A program made the position numbers and the translations under genes. DNA of 63,328 bases, the filler included, from Atractiella rhizophila (taxonomy: Eukaryota): assembly GCA_021432655.1 (NCBI GenBank). It is 4 parts of 3 records of this genome, joined end to end, with 100 filler letters (N's around TTAATTAATTAA, not from the genome) between each part and the next. Parts side by side here need not be neighbours in the genome. Positions count along the whole stretch, not along the records: positions 13,837 to 37,782 come from MU271594.1; 3 more parts are not named here. The stretch is one strand, 5' to 3'. Under the pieces are notes generated by a model. The model did not search any database. It had not been told where the DNA came from and saw only the letters and a list, made by a program, of their open reading frames with translations. How positions within the stretch are numbered: position 1 is the first letter of the stretch; every line of letters begins with the position of its first letter. Shown here one piece after another: positions 27,376-37,882 of this stretch.

Positions 27376-28125
27376 CTGAGCTGCACTCGTCCTGTCCCGA
27401 TTCACCCTTCTTGACACTCGAGGACACGATGTCTGCAAGTACGCGTGGAGCTTCTAATGCGAGAGAGGGCTGAAGAGAGCAGGCAGAGGTTTTAAGGCAC
27501 AATAATACACTCGTGCCACTCATCAGGGTCACACCACTTGTTCTCTAATAACTCAAGGCAACAGTCCGGATACTTGCGGATGCATTTGGACCGATCTGTC
27601 TCTCGATAACGATCGGCCAGCAAGATGAGCCTTGCTAGAACTGCTACTAAAAATTGGAGGCGATGGTCTGGGTCCGGTCCACAGAAACAATGGAGGTTGT
27701 TGACCAGACAACGTGCTTTGAATTTCAGGAACAATCTCTCCATCCTTCTTTCTTTCCTTTGCTATCTTCGATGAGCGTTCAACGCCGTTCCTGAGTGGAA
27801 CATGCAATTAGCAACGCGATGGCTGCTGGACAACAACAAATGGAACACACCAGTTCCGATTTCACACTCCAAAGCGGATAAAAGCCCCACCCTCCGACCC
27901 ACAAGCTATCTCTGAAGCCATCTCACCTCCCCGCCTGAAAGATGATGATCATATCCACTGCATAATGATCACTTCCTGTTCGCAAATTTGTCACGTGCCG
28001 CGGTTCCGCCAACATCTCCCGCCTGCGTGTTGCTGCCTTCTTTTGGAATTCTGTCACTTGTTTTGTTTGTTGGAGTTAGCTAGAGTCCGCCAGATTATCA
28101 CATATCATCTTAGTAACTCACTATC

Positions 28126-29413
28126 ATGCCCAAACGCAAACTGGATGCCACCGAGGCTGAACCAGAGGCACCCAGGCGGTCAGCGCGTTTGTCAGCCAAC
28201 CAGACGCCGTCAAATTCGACCACCAAGGCGACCAAAGCGCCAGCGAAGAAGATTAAGAAAGTAATTGAGAAAGTCAAGAAGACAATGTCGGGCCAAGATG
28301 ATGGATTGGAAGGCGTAACAGTAGTGGAGGTGCGTTTTTGGGACTGCAAATGGTGGCATCCCGGATGGAAGTGCGACAGTAATGGGTCGAAGCCGAGACG
28401 TTGTATTGCAAGCATTGGCATTAGTTAAAGTCTGTCTGCTAGTCGCTAAACCCAAAAGAAGCTATGTGTTGCTCTGCGTATTTATGCTCCTCCTAGTTAT
28501 CGCACAAATATACGCGTGGAAGATCTATTCGTCCTCCTAGATACGACAAGAGAGACGATGATATTCTTGTGCGTCAGATCTACATAGCATGCACAATGCA
28601 TATCTCAAAGCAGCAAACATCCAATGATACGATCTGCTCTTTGATCAAGTCAGTGCTTATTGAAAGTGATCGGATTGTCCATGATCGCCATGATTACAGC
28701 AATATTTTTGTGTTCTATGGTTCTTTGCTTTAGCACTGTCTCTCAAATATCTGCCTGGTGCAATCTCACGTTTGTGGCTAAGAGTTCATTATATCTAATA
28801 TCCCGTTGCAGGTCGGCGAGAAGATCCCTTCTTTGACTCTGAAGACAGACACTGGAGACGAAATCTCTACCACCGCTTTGGCTGGCGATAGGAAAGGGTC
28901 TGTCTTTGTCTCTTCTAATTGCCGATTTCAGTAATATGTTCGAATGCTGCGGTTACAGGTTTGTGATTTTCACCTATCCGAAGGCAAACACTTCTGGGTT
29001 AGTTGCCTTTTTCTTATCGAGAAGAACAAAGCCAATTCAATAGTGACAGGTGCACAAATCAAGCTTGCGGTTTCAGAGACAAACACGACCTCTTCTTGGA
29101 AAAAGGTTACGCCGTTCGTCTGACCCTGTCTTCTGCCGTCAATACCCGCTGATCCTCTTCACAGGTCTACGGCTTGTCTAAGGATTCTCCCGCTTCTCAA
29201 TCAAGCTGGAAGGAGGCTCAATCGCTGCCCTACACCCTCCTCTGCGACCCTAACTCGGAGTTGATCAAGCCTCTGGGTTGTTTCAAAGCTGGTGGAGGGA
29301 CGGCGAGGTGCCATTTCGTCTTTGATAAGGATGGAACATTGAAGGAGAAAAAACTCAATGTGAAGCCTGTGGAGAGCCCAGTGGATGCTTTGGAAAGCGT
29401 TGGGAAACTTTGA
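28126..29413 (+). CDS. DOT5: Peroxiredoxin Q/BCP (nuclear thiol peroxidase)
   Basis: Basic N-terminus PRRSARL; FTYPKANTSG|CTNQACGFRD (CxxxxC); VYGLSKDS; LPYTLLCDP; RCHFVF. Confidence 0.92.
28370..28598 (+). ncRNA. Candidate intronic H/ACA-type RNA in DOT5 intron 1
   Basis: Hairpin closed by gcgac/gtcgc (28373/28442), ANANNA aaaaga (28454), hairpin gctatgt/acatagc (28461/28582), then ACA at 28593. No target identified. Confidence 0.35.
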
Positions 29414-29699
29414 TTCATGGAAAGGAGAAGAATTGTTGTCCGCAGAGTTTGTGTGTTAAGAAATGTTCAAGGATTTGCGTCGATAATAGCATGTTGAATT
29501 CTCAATCACGAACCTGCACACTTTGAATTGTATTCACTTCTCGTTTCCACGACACTCGTGCATACATAATCAAATAACTGACGCAAACATAACATAAACT
29601 CTCCTTGAACATAACATAAACTTTCCTTGAAAATGAGCAGATCGAGTTCTTCCAACTTTGCACGTAGCCCTATGGGCTATGCTCTCCGTTTGACGGCGC

Positions 29700-31927
29700 T
29701 CACGGTCCCATGCTTCCGGAAACAAGGACGAGAACGATAGTAATGGCTGTAGAGCCAAGAAGAGAGATTCCAACGAGTTGATACAGGACGGTTTTAGGGA
29801 ATTTAACTTTGTAAAGTGGGTTCCTAGTTGGGTTGACATGATGCTTGTTAACCTTGTCGTCGTCGTCATCGGGCTCCTCAAACGTTTCTTGCAGCATTCC
29901 CCAATCATCGTTAGATAAATTGAGGTGGTGCTCGCCGTCCTCGGGGTGGAGGATGATTCGTCCCTTCGTGAAGTTTTCGACGGTATTAGAGATGATGCTA
30001 TCCTTCACGTAGTCGGCAGCGTCCCCAGGGATCTTGGTCACCTTCTTGGTCACGACTTCAAGAGTTGTAGGTTCCGACTGATCACCATGGATGTTGATGT
30101 GGTGCTCGCCTTCATCAGGATGAAGGTTGATTCGTCCCTTGGTATAGTGCTCCACGCCCTTTGACACAAGTCGTTCCGTGAACGTGATCTCTTCCTTAGC
30201 CTTCCCTTTACCAGACTTCTTCGATCCGTTGGACCTCGTCGACGCCGCATCAGTCTCTCTCTTGTCGGTAAACTGGATAATGTGTTCTCCTTCCTCCGGA
30301 GTCAAATCCACCAATCCCCCCGTCAATACTTCAATCTTGTCCGCTACCTTGTCTCTCCTCCTCGATCCGTTCGACTTTGTCGATTTCGCATCGTCATCCT
30401 TTCCTCCATTCGCAATAGGTTCCTTTGCATCCCTCACGTCCTTCACGTCCTTGTGGACTATGGTCGTCTCTCCCTCCGGAGTGTGGATCTGGATTATCTT
30501 CCCCCCCTCGCCCTCCTCTGGGTTAAAGTCGATGTGACCGTGCGTAAGCTCCTCAATCTTATCAGCGACTTTATCCCTCTTTCCCCTCTGCGATGAAGCG
30601 TCGTCGTCCTTTGCCTTTGCATTCCCGGAGTTCGAACCGCTTGATCCCTCCTTCTTATCCTCCCTCTTCAGATCGCCGTCGTGCTCATTCCCGAAATTAA
30701 AGTGATGTTCCCCCTCATCCGGCTTCAGATTGATTCTCCCACCAGTAACGTCCTCAATCTTATCCGAGATCCTATGCTTCATCGACGGTGCCTTTGAGCC
30801 AAAATTAAAGTGATGTTCCCCCTCATCCGGCTTCAGATTGATTCTCCCACCAGTAACGTCCTCAATCTTATCCGAGATCCTATGCTTCATCGACGGTGCC
30901 TTTGAGCCCGACCGAGAGGTTCCGGGAGAACGAAATCGTCCAAAGAGCTTGTGGTAAGCGCTTCGGGACTCTTTGGCCCAAATACTTTCAGAGCGAAGGA
31001 TGGCGATGGAAGTGAGACCAACGAAAGGCCAGAGGGAGAAGAAGACCAAGGCAGCGTAGGGGACGATGGGGATGAAGATCAACGTGTTAGTAAAGGCGAC
31101 GATCGCGCTAGCCAAGTGGGAGAAGAAGGCGATTGCATAAAGGTATTGTTGGCCATAGAGTAGGAGGAGCGCCTACCCAATACATCAACGTCCGTTTTCA
31201 ATAACGGCTTCATGCGCATCGTGGGAAGAACTCACCATGAACACATCGTTTCCACCACCGAAAAGCGCGGCCCACACGAAGACCGTCTGCATCGATCCCG
31301 AAAGAAGGGTGGACGTATAGAGCACAAAACCCCATAACCAAGCAGCAAAGAGACCTATAGGAGCAGATTGCTTCAAGAGGAGAGAAGTTATGAGGATCTC
31401 AATTTGACTGCCATGAAAGGTCCGTCAATTATGGTATAGGTTTTATAGAAGAAATGGGGACGTACGTGTGGAAGACGGCAAAGATGAATGTGAGACGGGA
31501 GGTGTGACCAGCTTGGAAGTGAAGGATCGTGCTATATCCTCTTTCTGCTCAAAGCACGTTCCCGAATTAATTGATTTAGACAAATACACACCCAAATATT
31601 GAGACCTATCGCCCCCGTGAGCTATCACATTTCAAACAAAGAATACTCACCGACAGCATCCACAACACCGTCAAATGTGGGAAGTTCCAGTGAATCCGAG
31701 CCTTGCGCGTATAATAAAGGATGACGGCCGCTCCAGTTATTGGTCCGAAGAGGGAAACGATAAGGAGGGCATCACGGATGTGATTCTCGAATGACGGCCG
31801 CTCCAGTTATTGGTCCGAAGAGGGAAACAATAAGGAGGGCATCACGGATGTGATTCTCGCGCGGCGTGAGGTAGGGATAACCATTGTGAGCTGGCACGAT
31901 GGTGTCGTTCGTGATGTGAATGCCCAT
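29700..31927 (-). CDS. Multi-TM protein with a large repeat-containing hydrophilic loop; exon 1 frameshifted as assembled
   Basis: ATG 31927 (MGIHITNDTIVPAHNGYPYL), hydrophobic spliced exons, then a 471-aa final ORF with six E..T.G.I.L.P.EGEH repeats and a C-terminal TM helix. Confidence 0.75.
30691..30908. repeat. 108-bp near-exact in-frame tandem repeat (36 aa x2)
   Basis: GSKAPSMKHRISDKIEDVTGGRINLKPDEGEHHFNF occurs twice; units start near 30694 and 30802. Confidence 0.95.
31721..31859. repeat. 70-bp tandem duplication with one internal mismatch
   Basis: atgacggccg...gtgattctcg at 31721 and again at 31791. Confidence 0.95.
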
Positions 31928-32282
31928 ATTCGCAACCTGTGTCGATACACTCGTCCTGGACTGATATGCCAGTCGAAGGCGAAGAATTGCGAGAGGGTTC
32001 TTTCACTCGGCTTTAGCTCTTTATAGTGCACAAAGGAAACTGCACCGACGGACGAAAATCAGCTGGAATTTCGACCGCCAAGGAGACAGCAGCTCCGTTC
32101 AAGTTACTTCCAGCAACTTCCACACCCGTAAATATTCCCCTGATCCCCCTGGTCCTTATCCAGCTCTATCGGTACAGATTCGAGCTCTGCCTGAAGGCAT
32201 GAAAGAAAGCGAGAATGTTCTCCGATGCTTGGCGTTTACGCGGGATCTGGCAAGAAATCACATGATCAACCACGACTTCGCG

Positions 32283-33178
32283 ATGGACTCACTTCCTCCA
32301 GAACTCGTGTATCACGTACTCAGCACTCTTCCCGCTCTTGACCTCGTACGCTTTGTTTCGCCCGTGTGCAAGGACTGGAGAGAGATTGCTGTGTCCCTCC
32401 TCAGGCGTCGATTGCTGGTTTTGTCCCGTGCCAATGATGGCAATGAAGATGAGGAGAATACCGTTAGGATCGTGGTGCGCTTTTCTGTTTTTCGTACAAT
32501 ATGGACAGAGAAATTGATGAGGATAAATAAAAGTTCCATCTTCATGTCGTCAGCACCCATGCTACATACATCTACCCCCTCACATTCTCCCACTTCCTCC
32601 CCAACTCACCTTGCAAAGCGTTGTTTCTCTTCCCTCCTTCAACACGAGAGGGAACCAACCCTATAATAGTTCCACTTGATGAATACGAGTCTTTTGCGAA
32701 CGTGTACATGACTCTCAGTCTCAAAGCATCACCTGGAAAATCCAACCCCAACAAAAACAACAACAACGGACCCAGTACCTATGCCGGAAATAGATTAGAG
32801 AGAAGGATATTGACTGATGGTGGCACCTGGAATGGACTGCCAAGATATGGCTACCAGATCTACATCGCTACCGGACACGACAGGGTCTGGAAAGACTGGT
32901 GGAGCACCTGTTCGGAATCCTCTCCCAGCTCAGAACATGGACTTCCCCTCCAATCACTTAGAACCGACTCCTCCCTCGGTCATCTCCGCATCTCTCTCCT
33001 TCACCCGATCGACCTCCATCCGGTCCGGGAAGGTGGAGGTGGAGAGAGAGGCTTCAGGTTCTTTGCGAAGGAGATGGAAGTGGAGACCGCTCGTGCTGTT
33101 GTTGGATTGGAGATGGAGTTGGAGAAGAGGAAGGATGGTGTGGCTTTGGTTCATGTACAGGGGTTACCCAGGGCTTGA
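32283..33178 (+). CDS. F-box protein
   Basis: MDSLPPELVYHVLSTLPALDLVRFVSPVCKDWREIA is an F-box; one intron near 32475-32533. Confidence 0.85.
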
Positions 33179-33667
33179 CCGTTTAAAGAAGACTTATAGT
33201 GTGTTGTCATGTTTTGGACACAAAACAGGAGAGTTCTTTCTTCTATGATGAAAAGGAGTGTGCGGAGACATCTCTGGATGACGACAAAAAGTGTCAACGA
33301 TAAGAGCTGTACAATATGTAATATGCTTCGTTTAATAAACCGGTCCTTTTATCCATACAAGTCAAGTCTGTCAATCAAGATTACAAGACGGAACCGGGAC
33401 CAGAGGATAGGATGCAATAATGATATTCTCTGCAAAATCCAAAATCCTATGCTACAGGGCACCCCAGTAGAGGTAGCAAACAAGACGACGAAACGATACA
33501 GAGAAGTTCGAATTGAACTGGTTGCTGTAACTGTGCAAACACTGAGACTAATGGCGAATCTGACAACTCGTGGGTATCGCTAGAAATTACTCGTAGAGAA
33601 GTGAACAGCGGCGAGCATCTATAAGTTGGGCGGCTCCCGACTCCAATGAAAACAAAGGTGACATGCA

Positions 33668-34439
33668 CTACCGCGTCCCGACAGGATCCACGTTCTCCTG
33701 CTCATCTTTACTCTTTCTCTTCGCCCAATCCCAACTCATCCTCTTCAAATTCCAACTCGTACTCTTCTTCTGCTTCGCAGCCAATCTCTCCCTCTCCTCC
33801 CTCTCCAACATCCTCTTCCACCTCCCCTCCTCCACATCCAAAATCTCTTCCAATTCCTCTCCTTCGTCCCTAAGCTTCCAATCGAGATTCGCAAACATCG
33901 ACAGCTGCATATCTCTCAACTCTCGAAGCGTCAACATCCCTTGAGAAGCGATCGACCAGCTCTTTAAACTGTAAGCTTCATCGTGCAGATAGTTGCAGCT
34001 CATGATCGTCGCCGTGAGGAGCAGACGATGATGGAAGTCAGCTGGCGCAGGAATCTTCTCGTCTGTCCTCCAATAGCGCGCTAGACGACGAAGGAGGTGG
34101 CAGGCGAAGAGAACGGTGAAAGTCGGGAGGTCGGTGCGATACAGGGCGTAAGCGTAGAATTGGGGAAGAGGGGGTGGGCCTGGTCTGCGACCTGGGAGAG
34201 ATAGACGTTTCGGGAAGAGGGAAACAACCAGCGCCGATGCGTAGGCAGTTATATCTGCTCTCATCGTCAGATGGTTCTCTTATACAATCACAGGAAAACA
34301 TGAACACACCTCGGTAGCCATATAAGGAATCGTCAAGTGTGACTGATGACCGTTTCGTGGATAAGGAACCCCTCCTCTTGATTGAGAAAGCCTCCATGGA
34401 CGCGCTGTCCTTTGGTTTAGGATCTGTCGCAGCCACCAT
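33668..34439 (-). CDS. Cyclin-fold protein (PCL/PHO80-like)
   Basis: LPQFYAYALYRTDL..FACHLLRRL..HRLLLTATIMSCNYLHDEAYSLKSW..LRELRDMQLSMFANLDWKL. Confidence 0.85.
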
Positions 34440-35590
34440 TATTGCGATTCGGCAGCAACGTGAGATGAACGAACAAATGATCCCCAACGTTAAGAGAACA
34501 GCCGGGTTTTTGAGTGAAAAATTCAAGTGACACCCGGCGAGACCCGCGAGTGGAGCCGTCTCAGTCAGGACGCTTTTCGGTGGTCGACTCAGTCGGTAAG
34601 TCAGAAAGTGGAGTAGATCACTGTAACAACAGCCTGTAGGATATAAGCAGCGCGGTAAGGACCAGAGACCGGGATTGGGACACCTAAAAGACTTGCCTCT
34701 CACCTCCACCTCCACCACCTAAATCAGAGGGAGCTATTGCTACTCTGGAATATTCGATCCGACGTTCCAAATGATGAGGATGTTATATCTCGGAGTTTAA
34801 ACGCAGAAAGATGAGTAAAGCGGCGTTGAGTAAAGCGGCGGCAAAGGGGCGGCAGGAAGCGGCAAAGTCGCGAAATCGGAAAGGTTAACCAACACGCCAA
34901 CTGTTCTCGTACTTAGCTTGAATAATGCCAATATGGTCGTTCGAAGCAGGATAGCAGCAACGAGGGGCACGCGACTTTTGTAGAGATCAAAGAACCGGAT
35001 CCGGATTCAACAAACAAAAACAATTCCCTCCCTGTCATCATGCTTGCTCTTCGACGGCCGACTTCTATTGAGGCTTTCTGCAACTTGCAACCACATCCGG
35101 TCACAAATGGGCAGAAACAGAAAGCCTGCAGACAAGATGCAGTGCAGAAAGGATCAAAACCCAGAGCCAATTCTAGTACAACAATAACAAAGACGACGCT
35201 AACGCCGAAACGCCGAACGCCGAACGTCGTGGATTTTCTGGTAGACAACATGCTAATGGAAAGTAACTTTCCTGCTGCTTGCTATAATATATAATAAAGG
35301 TGCAACTCGCACAATCATAGCAACGTCCGAATAGCAGCGTAACTCTGTCTCGTTGAAGGTGCTGAGTGGACGGACCTGCTTAGACTTGGTCACTGGCACA
35401 ATAAAGCTCCTCGGCATTTCCGCCGTCCAAGAAAAGATATTAAATTGTAGTGGCAGCAGGCTCTCATGCCTCCCGGGTCAGCGATCCATAAAAGGCGAAT
35501 GCATTCCTGTTACAGCCTCCTAAGCGTTTCCTGCGAAATCATCCAGCAGAAGGATGGACATTACCATACATATCTTGAATCTTGAATGTA

Positions 35591-36588
35591 TTATGTAAGA
35601 ATAATGGCTATCAAAAGGATACAGAGAACTATGATGAGGATGAGGACACACCACGAGGACTTATCATCTGCAGCCAACAATTCTCGTCATTATCCTTTCC
35701 AAACCTAGGGGAGTAAAATGGAGAGAAAAGAACGTACTGCGATTGTCCTCTATAAACTTATTCATCAACTTGCTAGCCCTGCCCATCCGACCCTCCGTGC
35801 GATCTACACTGCGCGAGAGGTCATCGACCAGTTCCACCTGCTCATGTATCTCCCTTCCCATAACCTGCGCCTGCTCCCTCAATATACCCACCGTGGACCC
35901 CAATGCTCGTAAGGGTATTATCTTGGCTCTGCATCAACAGCGTCTGTGTTTGTCGTTCATAATAGTGGGGCAGCAGGGTCGTCATCTTCACCGTTGGGAG
36001 GAGGAGGGCTGGTGGGAGTGTGAATCGGGTGGGTACGGTGGATACGAGTTGGAGCCAGACGCGGGGAAAGAGGTGGAGTAAGAGGAGAGGGGATGAGTGG
36101 AGGACGAGGGTCGGCTTCCGAATGATGCTCGGATTGTCTTGTACTCGCCTTAAGCCAGTCATCAGCATGTTTGCAGGAAAGCTTACTTCACAGTCTTTCT
36201 GTACTCGTTTGACGAAAGCTCGTCTCCTCCGCACCTGTCATCCAACAATTCCGTCTCCCAAACCGCAAACTAGGCAGAAAGAACATACCTCTTCGACTGG
36301 CACTCCCATCCTCTCCGCCATCCCCACACTCTCTTCTACATCCCTCACATCGGCCTCTACGCTCTCTAATGTCCCAAAAAGTTCCTCCCTTGCCGTTCTT
36401 AGCTCTTCAGAAGAGCCATGGTGCGATGAAGGTAAGGTGGCTTGAATCCGGTTGTACGATGCGTGAAGCTGATGGAGCGTTTGGAGCAGTGATTCTATTT
36501 CACTTTCGAGAGTAGAGTATTGGTGTCATACAGAAGACAACGAATAGGACACTCACGCCTTTACCTCGTAATATGGATCTTGGGACAT
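35591..36588 (-). CDS. TLG1: Qc-SNARE Tlg1/syntaxin-6
   Basis: MSQDPYYEVK N-domain, RRRRAFVKRV, QTLLMQSQDNTL..GSTVGILREQAQVMGREIHEQVELVDDL and a C-terminal TM. Confidence 0.9.
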
Positions 36589-37078
36589 GTTGGAGCCAAC
36601 GCATCGTGGCAGGAGGGTTGATGTGAGATGATGACAACTGGCAGTTCTCGCTCAGCTTGGTTCCCTCTGTCCAGTGTCAAGAGCAATGACGATTTGAGGG
36701 CTTTGGTGACAGGATTTGGTGGGTTTGGTGGGTTTCCGGCGCCTGAGACCCCCTTTCGAGTCCGGAGCAGGAACAAGATTGGGTTGATTTGAGTGATGAG
36801 TGAGGTCAGTGAGCTGCCTTCAAGTTCAGGTGAGCATGAGATGAAGCCCGTGAATCAAGTGAGGGATCATAATACCGATTACACGTTTCCTGTGCACGAA
36901 ATCTCATGGGAGAATTCCTGGAGAGAACTGGTTAGTTGTAACCTTCCCCATTTCAGCTCTCGCGTTTGTGCTTCCGAGATCAAAACGACTTTCCAAGCAA
37001 GTTTGAATCCCAGACTCACGCGAGTTAGCTCTTTATTTTGTTCGGGAGACATGGGGTTTCTGTACTGAGAAATTTCTA

Positions 37079-37782
37079 TTCTGATAATAGCGCAATATTG
37101 AACACTTTGGCGTGTTACAGGAGGATGGTTTGCTGAAGGCTAGCTACTGTGCCAACATGTAGCTGCAGTGTTTCGTCAATATTACTAGAATGAAGCGCTG
37201 TAGTTCTCCATCTGGCCACATCGAAGCGATTCAGGCGCGTAATGTAACGCTCTTGATTTCGAATACGCCGTCGTGTCCTCTTCTTGTCCTTTATCGAATT
37301 TATCAATCATCGGCAAATATAGCACTTCCCTCGGTAGCTCGTATGGCTCTTGCCGTATAGATGCTTCCTTCGTCAACAGTTGTTCGCAGAACACTGGCAT
37401 CGGATATCGCGATTCCTCCCGACTGGTGACACTCTTAATCGGAACCAGTGCTCCCGCCGAGTGAGCTCCAGCTAGATGGAGAGGAACACTTCCGTTTCCT
37501 TGCACGGATCTCATCGTCAGCGAATGCGATCCAGTTAGGCTTTCCTTAAAAATTGGGCAGTCCCTCTCGATTTTTGAGGAATTGGTGCGAGTACCAGACA
37601 TAACACCTATAGCTTGACTGTCATTAACAATGGCGGCTAACGTCGGAACTCTTTCTTATACTGCTGCTTATGGGTTCGTCTCTTTACTGTAACTTTTAGT
37701 ACCTCCATCCGTCTAAACAATTGTTCGATTCTAGCCCACAACTCATTGGACGTTAGTGTTTCGTTAACGCTCCATATTCAAG
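37079..37782 (+). repeat. Diverged copy of 41331-42045 (promoter and first exons of the downstream membrane-protein gene), cut by linker
   Basis: Colinear match from ttctgataatagcgcaatattg onward; ATG at 37630 (MAANVGTLSYTAAY) corresponds to ATG 41892. Confidence 0.92.
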
Positions 37783-37882
37783 NNNNNNNNNNNNNNNNNN
37801 NNNNNNNNNNNNNNNNNNNNNNNNNNTTAATTAATTAANNNNNNNNNNNNNNNNNNNNNNNNNNNNNNNNNNNNNNNNNNNN
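37783..37882. other. Artificial contig linker
   Basis: TTAATTAATTAA at 37827-37838 inside Ns. Confidence 0.95.

Noticed and set aside
30691..31859. Tandem repeats as a CRISPR-like array
   Set aside because: Eukaryotic coding context, two units each and no unique spacers.
37185..37601. Antisense ORF repeated at 41396-41761
   Set aside because: The similarity follows from the DNA duplication; the copies diverge by a frameshift and no family is recognised.
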